Source: Acidobacteriota bacterium | Lineage (GTDB): Bacteria; Acidobacteriota; Aminicenantia; Aminicenantales; Saccharicenantaceae | Length of the DNA: 64,000 nt | Reading direction: 5' to 3' | NCBI GenBank assembly: GCA_028749115.1 | Contig: JAQURD010000008.1 | Coordinates: forward strand, 1,218-65,217 | In this document: positions 20,437 to 30,355 of the stretch, piece after piece | How the letters are laid out: the number at the start of each line of letters is the position of its first letter | Position numbering within the stretch: position 1 is the stretch's first letter | The notes under the pieces: generated by a model | What the model was told of the DNA's origin: nothing | Seen by the model: only the letters and a program-made list of their open reading frames with translations | Database searches by the model: none | Translations under genes and position numbers: made by a program

Positions 20437-20985
20437 TTTTTGCCTCTAGTTTCCAACATAAGTCCTCGTTTAACTCGCTTCTATTTAATCTAATCTTAAG
20501 ACTAAAGCCAGAACATGTCCAGCCTTTAGAGGTTATGTCCCCGGCCAGGTCATTTCCTGCTGAAGGGAAAGAAAGCGAGTAGAAAGTTCAAATTGACTTT
20601 TGAATTCGAGGAACGAATTTAGACTGAGAAGTCAGGGTGAATAGTTTCTTTAAAATTGGTTATTGTTCTTCATAAAAAATATTTCGCTTCACTCCTCCCT
20701 CTCAACCATGAAAGAAATTCATGATAGCCAGAAAAAATTTAATATCAAGCCAGCGATAATGCTTCTTCCCAGGACCGGCTTAAGCCCTGAGTCAGGATTT
20801 TATTTACAGCAGCCTGGAAGGTTATCAGACTATGACGCCCCAGATAAAACAGGATAAAAATAGCTTCTGGCAAATTAAACCGCTGATCAAAAAGAAAAAT
20901 ATGTTGCCTAGACCATAATAATTAGAGAAAATTATTTTTATAGTAATTTAAATTTTTATGATTATTTAATATCAGGAGGCCAGTT

Positions 20986-22183
20986 ATGAGCTATTCTCAT
21001 TCAAAACTTGAAACCTACCAGAACTGCCCGAGAAAATATAAGTTATGTTATCTGGACAGGCTCCGGCCGGAGGAAGAAGGCATTGAGGCTTTTCTGGGAA
21101 GCTGTTTCCACGAAACTATGGAGAAGCTCTATTCCGAACTCCGTTTCCGGGTGATGAGTCTGGAAGAGACCAAGGCCTATTATGAAAGTCTCTGGAAAAA
21201 GAATTTTCACGACAAAGTGAAGATCGTGGAGGAAGGCAGGACAGTTGACGATTATTTCCGGCTGGGGTTAAAGTTTATAGAAGACTATTATAAGCATTAC
21301 TATCCTTTCAATCAGAACAGGATTCTTGGCCTTGAGCTGGAACTGGAGATTGATCTTTATGGCGACAGTCGCTATCTGTTAAAAGGCTTTGCTGACCGCA
21401 TTGACCTGACACCAGATGGCCTAATTGAAATCCATGATTACAAAACCGCCTCCCAATTGCCCCCTCAAGCCACCGCCGATGCTGATCGCCAGTTAGCTCT
21501 CTATCAGCTTGGCATTAAACAAAAGTGGCCCTGGGCAGAAAAGTTCAGGCTGATCTGGCACTATGTAGCTTTTGATCAGGAGATATCTTCAACCAGAACA
21601 CCAGAGCAACTCGATCAACTGAGAGCCGAGATAGCCTGGCTGATAGACAAAATGGAAGCTGACCTGGAATTCCCGGCCCAGGAAAGCGGCCTCTGCCGGT
21701 GGTGTGCTTACTGGGCTTATTGCCCTTTGAAAAGGCATGAGGTAGAGCTCGACAAACTCCCCCCCAAACAAATATCTGGAAGAAGAGGGGGTGGTTCTCG
21801 TTGATAATTACATCAATTATTTCGAGCAGAAAAAACAGGCCGAGGAAGAGCTTGAAAAATTGAAGGAAGCCATAATTAAGTATGCTGAGAAGCACGAAGT
21901 GGCCAGAGTCAATGGAAGTCAGTATTATTTGAACCTGAGCAGCAAGAACCTAGTCAGATTTCCGGCCAAAGGTCAGGAAGAAAGGAAGAAGCTTGAAGAC
22001 ATTCTGAAGCAGGCAGGCCTGTGGTATGGCTTTGCCAGCCTTGACCTGAATAGTCTGGAAAGGGCCATTCTGGAAGAGACTTTAGATAGAGAAATTCTGG
22101 AAAAACTTAAAGACTTGATATCAAAAGAAAAATTGATAATGCTTAGACCGGGCAAGAAAAAGGAGAGTGAAGATCAGTTATAG
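20986..22183 (+). pseudogene. PD-(D/E)XK RecB/Cas4-like Fe-S nuclease split by a +1 frameshift (ORFs 20986-21804 and 21791-22183)
   Basis: DRID...IHDYKT nuclease motif; Cys in QNCP and LCRWCAYWAYCP; removing one C from the C7 run at 21759-21765 gives continuous LPPNKYLEEEGVVLVDNY. May be an intact gene with a sequencing error. Confidence 0.7.
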
Positions 22184-22527
22184 ACTTAACCCGGCAACTT
22201 ATAAATCACCGACCAGTGTGTTTCATAAATAATTTTACCTAAGTTGCCATCCATGGAGACGGGCCATCACAGAGAGTTTGAGGGGGACAATATCACGCCC
22301 CTCAGAGGCCAGCGGAGCAAAGAGAAAAGCTGGGAGGAGCAGGAAGAGCTTGACTTCCTCATGGAAGTGCCAAGTTTTGGTGGAGCATTTTGGCCAGGCA
22401 CTTATGAGAAAGGATACTAAGTTAGCCTGCCGGCCTGACTACGCCAGATTTTCTGACCTGACCTGAACTATCCAGGGCAGGCGATTTAGAAGGGTCTTCT
22501 GCATATATTCTTTATGCTTCTTATTCT

Positions 22528-23982
22528 TCAGACCTCTTCTGTTTTTATTTCCTTCAGGTTTTCGCTCCACTCTGGCTTCGGCCCTCTTAAATAGGAAATA
22601 AAGGAAGCAAGCAGGGTAATGATCATTGAGATTAAGAAGGCATGCCGGGCCCCGGAAATAAATTCATTGACAGCCAAGGCGGCAGAGGCGGTCTGGCGGC
22701 CGGTAAAAAGATTTTCTATCGCCTTTATATTTATGCTTGATGAAACAATAGCCATGGATAAGGCGATGCTGATCACCTGACCGGCGTTGTTCATCATAGT
22801 TCTTGTTCCAGCCGCTATCCCGCGCCTGCCTGGCGGTACCGAGCCCATTATTTCACTCGTGTTGGGTGAATTAAACATGCCTGAGCCAACACCCATAATG
22901 ACCATCCAGATGACCAGCTCGGTAAAAGAACTCTGAGACGATATCCCAATAAAGCCCAGCAAACCAAAGGCTGAAATTAAAAGCCCCAGTGAGGTTAAAC
23001 CCCTCGCCCCGTATTTATCTGATAACGAGCCGCTAATTGGAGATATGATCATCATGGACAGGGCAAAGGGAGTCAAAAAAACTCCAGCTCTTAATGGATC
23101 CAGACCCTTGACACCCTGAAAATAAAAAATAAGAAGGAAAGTTACAGCCCCTCTGGCTATGCCATTTAGCAAGATGCTGCTATAAGCAAAAGCCAGGATT
23201 CTTGTTTTGAAAAGCCTTAAGTCGAGCATAGGCTGGTCAGTATTATTCTCAACATAAATAAAGGCAGTCATAATCAGGATAGAGATGGCAAACAGCAGGA
23301 TAACCCGCAGGCTTTTCCAGCCGGCAAAACCTCCGAAGGATAAAGCCGTGAGAAAAAGCAGCAAGCCTGTCGTAAACAATGTAGTTCCAGCCCAATCAAA
23401 TTTCTGGCCGCGGGGTATTTTGGCCAGTTCTTTTAACTGAATCATCGCCCAGAGAGTGCCCAGAATTCCAACTGGAACATTGACATAAAATATATAACGC
23501 CAGCCAAGGTGTGCCAGGAAGCCGCCAAGAATTGGCCCGATGACTGAAGCAATGCTGATAACCATGCTGTTAATGCCCAGAGCCTTGCCCAATTCGTTTT
23601 TGGGAAAAGCATCAGTCACAATGGCTGTGCTGTTGGCAATCATCAACGAACCGCCAACCGACTGAATTAACCTGAAGGTTAAAAGTTGCTCACCTGTTTT
23701 TGACAGCCCACACAATAGCGAGGTCAGAGTAAAAATAATAAACCCGGAAACATAGAGCTTTTTCCGGCCAAACATATCGGCCACCCGGCCAATGGAAGGG
23801 ACAAGTATGGTCAGGGAGAGCATATATCCCATGACTATCCACATGATGACAGTGAAGCTGGTATTCAAGCTTCTCATAATATCGGGCAGAGAAATCATCA
23901 GCATACTGCCGCTTAAAACAGAAAAAAGAGCACCAAGGGTTGTGCAGGATAAAGCTATCCACTTATAAGGAACTTTTTTCAT
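22528..23982 (-). CDS. MFS drug:H+ antiporter, DHA2 (EmrB/QacA-like)
   Basis: GRVADMFGRKK motif A; about 14 TM helices. Confidence 0.9.
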   Translation of the reverse strand: MKKVPYKWIALSCTTLGALFSVLSGSMLMISLPDIMRSLNTSFTVIMWIVMGYMLSLTILVPSIGRVADMFGRKKLYVSGFIIFTLTSLLCGLSKTGEQLLTFRLIQSVGGSLMIANSTAIVTDAFPKNELGKALGINSMVISIASVIGPILGGFLAHLGWRYIFYVNVPVGILGTLWAMIQLKELAKIPRGQKFDWAGTTLFTTGLLLFLTALSFGGFAGWKSLRVILLFAISILIMTAFIYVENNTDQPMLDLRLFKTRILAFAYSSILLNGIARGAVTFLLIFYFQGVKGLDPLRAGVFLTPFALSMMIISPISGSLSDKYGARGLTSLGLLISAFGLLGFIGISSQSSFTELVIWMVIMGVGSGMFNSPNTSEIMGSVPPGRRGIAAGTRTMMNNAGQVISIALSMAIVSSSINIKAIENLFTGRQTASAALAVNEFISGARHAFLISMIITLLASFISYLRGPKPEWSENLKEIKTEEV

Positions 23983-24401
23983 CTGGTGTTTTCCTTCCCG
24001 GCTCTGTCTCTCAGGTTGTTTAGCCTGGCGAGTAGATTCTCAAATTGTTCTCCAGTTGCCAGTAATTTACTAACTTTTTCATCAATCAATTTGATTTGCT
24101 CTCTAATCATCTCCATATAATTACCGAGGATGGCCGCTTCAGCAGTTCCAGTTGATAGAATGGTTTGAACATCTTTATCCAGCTCAAGAGCATTCTTAAT
24201 TTCAGCCAGGCTGAATCCCAGTGATTCTTTTAAAGAAATTATTCTTTGAATTTTTTCTAGATCCTCATCTGTATAAAGCCGGTAGGCTGATTCTGCCCTT
24301 TGTGGAGCAATAAGATTTAAATCCTCATAATACCTTATGGCTCTTTTGGTCAGGCCTGTCATCTTAGAAACTTCTTCAATCTTATAAAATTTGTCACTCA
24401 T
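23979..24401 (-). CDS. MerR family transcriptional regulator
   Basis: IEEVSKMTGLTKRAIRYYEDLNLI...YRLY; overlaps the MFS start. Confidence 0.92.
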   Translation of the reverse strand: MSDKFYKIEEVSKMTGLTKRAIRYYEDLNLIAPQRAESAYRLYTDEDLEKIQRIISLKESLGFSLAEIKNALELDKDVQTILSTGTAEAAILGNYMEMIREQIKLIDEKVSKLLATGEQFENLLARLNNLRDRAGKENTR

Positions 24402-24422
24402 GGCGGTCAGCTTAATTGATAG

Positions 24423-24457
24423 ATATTACTCCCGGCTAACATTAACGTCAAGGTCAA
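24423..24457 (-). promoter_or_regulatory. Putative promoter/MerR-type operator for merR-MFS
   Basis: TTGACCTTGACGTTAATGTTAG; TTGACG-17-TAATAT; near-palindrome GACGTTAATGTT. Confidence 0.4.
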
Positions 24458-24704
24458 TCCCAGAAAAATTTATGCTCAATCCGTTTTTGATTTAATTTGA
24501 CCTCAAGTCAATATCAAAAAGCAGGAAAATTATTACCGCTAGATAATTAGCAGGAGGCCAATATGAGGCAATCTTTTAAGAGTTATCTCTGGTGCTTATA
24601 ACCAGAGCAAATAGAAAATCTTGAGCCATCTACTGGCTTTAAGTATAATTAAAGCCAATAAGTACACTGAGAAATATGCCGGGAGATATGCTGGTGGCAT
24701 TAAT

Positions 24705-25379
24705 ATGAAGACAGATAGCCTGGACTATATTGGTAAGAATGTAAGGGCAGTTTGGCAGGAGGTTCCTTCTTCTGTTGAGGTGGTTGCCGCCGCCAAAAAG
24801 CAAACACCTGAAAAAATAGTGGCGGCTATCGAAGCCGGGATCAAAATTATCGGTGAAAATTATATCCAGGAGGCGATGGCTGCTTTTCAGGTCATCGGCT
24901 ACAAGGCTAGCTGGTCCTTTATCGGCCATCTTCAAAAAAATAAGGTGAAAAAAGCAGTAGAGATTTTTGACATAATAGAAACGGTGGATTCGATTGATCT
25001 GGCAGAAGAAATAAACAGGCGAGCTGGTTTACAGGCCAAGATTATGCCCATCCTGATTGAAGTCAACTCGGGGCGTGAATCTCAGAAGTTCGGTGTCTTC
25101 CCGGAAAAAGTTGAAAAGCTGGCCCGGGCAATGATGGACTTGCCATATATTAAGCTTTCGGGACTGATGACCATGGGCCCGGCAGAAGGCGATCCCGAAG
25201 GTGCCCGGCCTTACTTCCGGGAGACAAAACAGATGTTCGATTACCTTAAGAATCTTAACCTGTCTCAAGCTGACTTCCATATTCTGTCTATGGGCATGAC
25301 TAATTCTTACCGGATAGCCATAGAAGAAGGAGCAACCAGAATCCGCCTTGGAGCAAAGATCTTTGGCTCGCGTCAATAG
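24705..25379 (+). CDS. yggS: YggS/PipY pyridoxal phosphate homeostasis protein
   Basis: VAAAK, GENYIQE, FIGHLQKNKVK, LSMGMT, IRLG; ATG 24705 is more plausible than 24621. Confidence 0.93.
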   Translation: MKTDSLDYIGKNVRAVWQEVPSSVEVVAAAKKQTPEKIVAAIEAGIKIIGENYIQEAMAAFQVIGYKASWSFIGHLQKNKVKKAVEIFDIIETVDSIDLAEEINRRAGLQAKIMPILIEVNSGRESQKFGVFPEKVEKLARAMMDLPYIKLSGLMTMGPAEGDPEGARPYFRETKQMFDYLKNLNLSQADFHILSMGMTNSYRIAIEEGATRIRLGAKIFGSRQ

Positions 25380-25421
25380 CGAATTCTCTATCAGTTAAAT
25401 CTTAATTAGTTGAGGTGTTAG

Positions 25422-26795
25422 ATGAAGAATAGATGGTCTGTTGTCTTTGGTGCCTTTATTATTCAGATCAGCCTGGGGGCTGTTTATATCTGGAGTGTTT
25501 TTCAAACCCCTCTCCTTGCCCATTTTCCGGCCTGGAATGAAAGACAGGTGACCTTGCCCGCTCAGATTATCCTGGCCTGCTTTGCCCTGGGCGTCATTGT
25601 TGCTGGCCGGATTCAGGATAAAATTGGGCCCCGGTCAGTCGCTATGGCCGGTGGTCTGATGCTGGCGGTTGGTTTGATGCTGGCTAGCTTGACCGGCAAC
25701 TTTCCGGCAACCAAGGCTCTAGACTGGCTGATACTTACCTATTCAGTCCTTGGCGGCCTTGGTATTGGCACAGCCTATGTCTGTCCTATCGCTACCTGCG
25801 TCAAATGGTTTCCAGATAAGAGAGGCCTGATTACCGGCCTGGCAGTAGCCGGCTTCGGAGCTGGTGCTTTCTTTTTTGCTCCTTTAGCTAAAGGGTTGAT
25901 TGATGGCAGCCATTATCAGCTTCTCGGGAAAAACCTTTTCCCTCTCCCTGAGGCCGGACTCTTTAATACCTTCCTGATCTTTGGAATTATTTTTCTGGTC
26001 ACAATTAGCGGCGGAGCTCTGTTGTTAAAGAATCCGGAAGCAGGCTATAGGCCGGCTGGCTGGAATCCGCCCCGTGAGCTGACTCCTGCTGCCAGCCTGA
26101 AAGTTAATTTTAGTCCCTCAGAAATGTTTTGCACCTGGCAGTTCTGGCTCCTCTGGACCGTTTTCTTAATTGGCTGCGGCGGCGGACTGATGATCATCAT
26201 GAAGGCTTCGCCTATCTGGCAATCGTTTGCTGTTTCCAGCCTGAAAGAGGGAATGGGTGCCGGACATCTTGAACAAATTGCTTCAGCCGGGGCCCTGGCC
26301 GTCTCTATTCTGGCTATTTTTAATTCTCTGGGCAGAATTATCTGGGGCAAAATATCTGATCTGGCCGGCCGGCAGCCAGCCATGCTGGCCATATGTTTTA
26401 TGGAAGGCCTGGCCATGCTGTTTTTACCTCAGATGAAGGCTTTTCCTTCTTTTTTAACGGGTATTTCAATTATAGGACTGTGTTTTGGCGGGCTGCTGGC
26501 TGTTTTGCCAGCTATCACCGCTGATTTTTTTGGGACTGAGCATTACGGAGCTAATTATGGCTGGATGTTCAGTGCTTATGGGGCAGGCGGGATTCTTGGC
26601 CCTTACTTAGCCGCCCGTCTGATGAAGACCTCAGCCATAGTCAGAATCAGAGAATTCCACGCCGGTCAGGAAAATTTGGAGCAAACCATGGTTGTTGGTG
26701 ATTACCAGCTGGCTTTTCTCTTGACTGGTGTGCTCTGCCTGGCCGCAGCTGCTGCCTTATTGCTCCTTAAAAAACCTAAGGCTGAGGAAAGCTGA
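25422..26795 (+). CDS. OFA family MFS transporter (oxalate/formate antiporter-like)
   Basis: GAVYIWSVF, KWFPDKRGLITGLAVAGFG, ADFFGTEHYGANYG. Confidence 0.9.
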   Translation: MKNRWSVVFGAFIIQISLGAVYIWSVFQTPLLAHFPAWNERQVTLPAQIILACFALGVIVAGRIQDKIGPRSVAMAGGLMLAVGLMLASLTGNFPATKALDWLILTYSVLGGLGIGTAYVCPIATCVKWFPDKRGLITGLAVAGFGAGAFFFAPLAKGLIDGSHYQLLGKNLFPLPEAGLFNTFLIFGIIFLVTISGGALLLKNPEAGYRPAGWNPPRELTPAASLKVNFSPSEMFCTWQFWLLWTVFLIGCGGGLMIIMKASPIWQSFAVSSLKEGMGAGHLEQIASAGALAVSILAIFNSLGRIIWGKISDLAGRQPAMLAICFMEGLAMLFLPQMKAFPSFLTGISIIGLCFGGLLAVLPAITADFFGTEHYGANYGWMFSAYGAGGILGPYLAARLMKTSAIVRIREFHAGQENLEQTMVVGDYQLAFLLTGVLCLAAAAALLLLKKPKAEES

Positions 26796-26965
26796 TAAGT
26801 CAGCTTTTTAATTTTGTCCTGGATTCACGGCTCGCCGGCCATAAGTTAACCTGTTAAAGAAACCGCCCGTTTTCATCTCCAGGGACCAGGCAGCAGCGAG
26901 AGTTTATTTCTTTTTATGGAGGCCGGAAATATCAAATAGGCTAATAATTATTTACCGGATAAAAA

Positions 26966-28240
26966 TCAATCCTGGCTGACTTTTTGATCTGGCTGCTCGT
27001 CTTTATCTTCTTCATCTTCAAGAAGTTCGCCCTCAACCTGAATTATACCGGCTTCCAGCATCTCTGGTTGAACCTGCTTTTTTATGATGTCGATCTGGCG
27101 AAGGGGTTTTTCCAATTGATTTTTGCGGGTAGAATTCAAAATCTGAAACTCAGTCTGGGCTTCGTCAATTCTTTTGCCGACCTTTTCCAGAGATTTAACA
27201 AAGGCCTGCCATTGCTTATAAAAAGACTCGAGCAACGTTAAAATCTGCCCGGCCGTATTCTGCAAATTAAAATTCTCCATAGCCTGGCGGATAATGGCCA
27301 GAACCGCGTAAAGTGTAATTGGAGAGCAGAGAATAACTTTTTTCTTCAAAGCTTCATCCAGCAGATCAGGGTCACTTTCATTGATAAAGGCATAGACCTG
27401 CTCGTTGGGGATGAAGATCAGGACATAGTCCAGAGTATTATTTTCGAGATCAATATAATTGCGAGTTGTCACCTCTTTTATTCTGGCCCTGGCATCTTTC
27501 ATAAATCGCTGCTTGTAATCTTCTTTTTCCCGGTCGTTAGAAGCTTCCAGACAATGGAGGTAATTATCAAGTGGAAATTTTACATCCATGTTTATCTTTC
27601 GCCCCTGGGGCAGGAAAAAAGTATAATCAGGACGCGACTCGCCACTATCACTCATAGTTTGTTTTTGATAATTCCGACCTTCGACCAAACCAATCAACCG
27701 CAGGATATCTTCAGCCATTCTTTCGCCCCACTGGCCCCGGGCCCGCGTGTTAGACAGGGCCTGCCGGAGCTGATTGGTAGTTTCCTGCAGCCGTCCGGTT
27801 TGTTCCAGGGCCTGGCGGAGCTGGCTGTCGAGCTGACTGAATTTGGCTGCGCCTTCCTTTTCCAGGTCAGCGATTAGAGATTGAAATTTACTCAGATCAG
27901 CTTTTATTCCTTCCAGTGTCTGGTCAATCAGCTCCTTTTTCCCTTCGAGTTCTTTTTTACCCAGTTCTGTCTGGCCCCTTAAATTTTCATTAGCCAGTTT
28001 TAAAAACTCGTCTGTATTTTTTTTAAGAGCCTCAAAAGAGAGAGAACCAAACGAGTCGCGCACCCGGGCTAGGAATATTTCCAGTTCTTGTGTTTTCTCA
28101 GCCTGGGCTTGAGAAACTAGTTGCTGGGCCAGTGCCTTATTACGTCTCTGATAGAAATAATTTATGACCAGAACCAGAAGAGCTCCAAAGGCAGTTCCGA
28201 TTACAAATGAAAATAATAAATTCATTAAAATACTCCTCAC
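26966..28240 (-). CDS. rmuC: DNA recombination protein RmuC
   Basis: N-terminal TM, coiled coil, RGQWGE, RPD, MDVKFPL, FIPNE. Confidence 0.92.
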   Translation of the reverse strand: MRSILMNLLFSFVIGTAFGALLVLVINYFYQRRNKALAQQLVSQAQAEKTQELEIFLARVRDSFGSLSFEALKKNTDEFLKLANENLRGQTELGKKELEGKKELIDQTLEGIKADLSKFQSLIADLEKEGAAKFSQLDSQLRQALEQTGRLQETTNQLRQALSNTRARGQWGERMAEDILRLIGLVEGRNYQKQTMSDSGESRPDYTFFLPQGRKINMDVKFPLDNYLHCLEASNDREKEDYKQRFMKDARARIKEVTTRNYIDLENNTLDYVLIFIPNEQVYAFINESDPDLLDEALKKKVILCSPITLYAVLAIIRQAMENFNLQNTAGQILTLLESFYKQWQAFVKSLEKVGKRIDEAQTEFQILNSTRKNQLEKPLRQIDIIKKQVQPEMLEAGIIQVEGELLEDEEDKDEQPDQKVSQD

Positions 28241-28344
28241 TTTTCTTCATAGATTTCTGTTGTCAGCAACTTGCAGTCTTCCTTGACCGATCTTTCAGGG
28301 CCCACCAGCCAGCTGTCTGAACTGACAGCAGCCAATTAAACCAA

Positions 28345-28800
28345 TCATTCCAGGTTTGAGCCCTCATCATCATCTAGACCGCTTTCTGGCTCATAGTCAA
28401 TATCGGGGGCCAGGATAGATTCATTGTCTGAAAAAGAGGAGTCAGGCTCTTCACCAGCAAATTCCTCACCCGCCTCACCATTTTCTCCTTTGGCCATGGC
28501 CCGGTCAATTTCTTCATTAAAATCAGGGCCAAGTTCATCACCTATTTCGCGGCCAAATTTTTTCATCCAGCGGGCCAGGCTTTGAGGATCGTTTTCATCC
28601 AGATCACCAAGCTTTGAGGGATCAGCCAGACTTTCCTGCCTCTGTTCTTCTGACCTCAGGACGGCAATTCTTGAGACCAGCCTGACCAGATCTGCTCCGC
28701 CGCAATGCTGGCAGCGTGGCTCAAAGCTACTCTTCACCGACAGCAAAAGAAAGGATGATTTCTGGCCACATTGGCGGCAGCGATATTCATAAATTGGCAT
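28345..28800 (-). CDS. FmdB family zinc-ribbon protein with acidic C-terminus
   Basis: MPIYEYRCRQCG...CQHCG. Confidence 0.88.
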   Translation of the reverse strand: MPIYEYRCRQCGQKSSFLLLSVKSSFEPRCQHCGGADLVRLVSRIAVLRSEEQRQESLADPSKLGDLDENDPQSLARWMKKFGREIGDELGPDFNEEIDRAMAKGENGEAGEEFAGEEPDSSFSDNESILAPDIDYEPESGLDDDEGSNLE

Positions 28801-29008
28801 AACTCACTTCCTTTGTCTATCATCCTCTTCCTTTTATATAATTTATACAAAAATTATCCCTAAAACAACTTCTGCCCGAAAGATGGGGTCTGACCAGTTA
28901 ATTTTCTTCGCTATCAATAACTTAAATCGTGCCCATGGCTGCCCTAGTTTGCAAAGTTAAGATCAAGTAATTCTTTGGTCAGTTTATAGCCAACAAAACA
29001 TTTAGACC

Positions 29009-29402
29009 TTATAAGCCCGATAGTTTGCTTTCTGGCGCAAAAGGAACAAGAATTTTACGGTCAAATCCCTCTCCCCGTGGCAGCCCCCCGCTCTTCGCCT
29101 GAATCCGACAAATCAAAGGCAAAGTCCCACTCGCTGTTTAAATTGAGCCAGCGCGAGCGGCTGAAATCAGGCCGTGGATATTCCGGCCTGGGAAGAGCAG
29201 AACTTTCAGGCTGCCCTGGTGATGAGACAGGAAGATTTAAGTCGTCGCGGCCCGATCCGAAGCGCCTTTCTTCGCCACTTTTCTCTGCCCCGGCCAGAAT
29301 CAGCGAGCTCAAAAAGAACAGCCCTACCCGCAAGAGACCAAGCATCACAGACGATCTTTCCTTCCAGCTTTTTCTCTGATCTGATTTAAAATTATTCTTC
29401 AT
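29009..29402 (-). pseudogene. Truncated, frameshifted glycoside hydrolase family 2 N-terminal fragment
   Basis: Signal peptide then PRPEYPRPDFSRSRWLNLNSEWDFAFD; a shifted frame continues GFDRKILVPFAPESKLSGL* (stop 29009). Confidence 0.75.
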
Positions 29403-29493
29403 TTTTTCCTCCACGGACGATTTAATCTGAAATCTATTTTAAAAAATGTAGTTAAATGTACCGTTAAATATCTAGCAGGCAAAAACATTTCAA

Positions 29494-30183
29494 TTAAAGT
29501 TTACCCGGCCTGCTGGCGACCAGGATGATCTCAAAATCAGCCGAGGTCTTTCTTATATTCATCCCTTTAGCTTTTAAATACTCCTCAACCTCAGCCAGGC
29601 TAACGCTGGAAACTTCATGTTCATCACCTTCGAGATGGTGGATTTCAGCTATCATGGCCAAACCTTCAGGGCTAAAATCACTGACAACCAGTTTCCCGCC
29701 GGGAGCCAGCACTCGCTGGAGTTCATCCAGGACGCGATAAGGGTTTTTTAAATGATGAACTAAATTGACGGCAAAAATGATATCAAAGGAATTATCCGCC
29801 AAAGATAGATTTTCTCCATCTTCTTGCCTGAGCTCCACCAGCCCGGCCAGACCATGGGCTTCGAGGTTCTGACGGGCAAATTCCAGCTGCTCAGCTGATT
29901 GATCAAAACTCACCAGCCGATAGCCTATCCTGGCCAGATTGATCGTCAGATGGCCCCGCCCAGTTCCTGCTTCAAGAATCCGGCCAGTTATCGGCTGAGC
30001 CGCCCGAATCACTGCCAGCCTTTCTCTATCCACATCATACCCAAACCGCTCATTAAGTTCTTTCCTTCTGGCTATTTGAGCTAGCGCTGAGTTTATTTCC
30101 TCTTTCTTATTAAGTTCTATTTGCTTGCTCTGATTTTCCTGAATTTGTTTTTTCTCCTGTTTGTTTTTCCTTTCATCCATCAT
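29494..30183 (-). CDS. Class I SAM-dependent methyltransferase
   Basis: ILEAGTGRG, FDII, LAPGGKL. Confidence 0.9.
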   Translation of the reverse strand: MMDERKNKQEKKQIQENQSKQIELNKKEEINSALAQIARRKELNERFGYDVDRERLAVIRAAQPITGRILEAGTGRGHLTINLARIGYRLVSFDQSAEQLEFARQNLEAHGLAGLVELRQEDGENLSLADNSFDIIFAVNLVHHLKNPYRVLDELQRVLAPGGKLVVSDFSPEGLAMIAEIHHLEGDEHEVSSVSLAEVEEYLKAKGMNIRKTSADFEIILVASRPGKL

Positions 30184-30355
30184 GTCTTTTCCATTTCAGC
30201 CCAAAATCACCTACAGCAAAAAGGCTAAAAGATATTCCTCAGTCCATCAGCCACCACGTAAAACCTGGCTTGAAGACAAGTCAAAATATTTCGGGCTGTA
30301 AAAGACAGACGAGAAGATCCTGGTCAGCAGCCTTCCGCCAGTATCCTGCCAGGCT

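Noticed and set aside
19408-22183. dGTPase plus Cas4-like nuclease as an anti-phage or CRISPR module
   Set aside because: The dgt looks like the ordinary short housekeeping type, the genes are divergent and about 550 nt apart, and there are no cas genes or arrays in the window.
22255-22466. Short ORFs after the nuclease (55 aa and 62 aa), faint IS110-like phrase
   Set aside because: Similarity is too weak to support; no SD.
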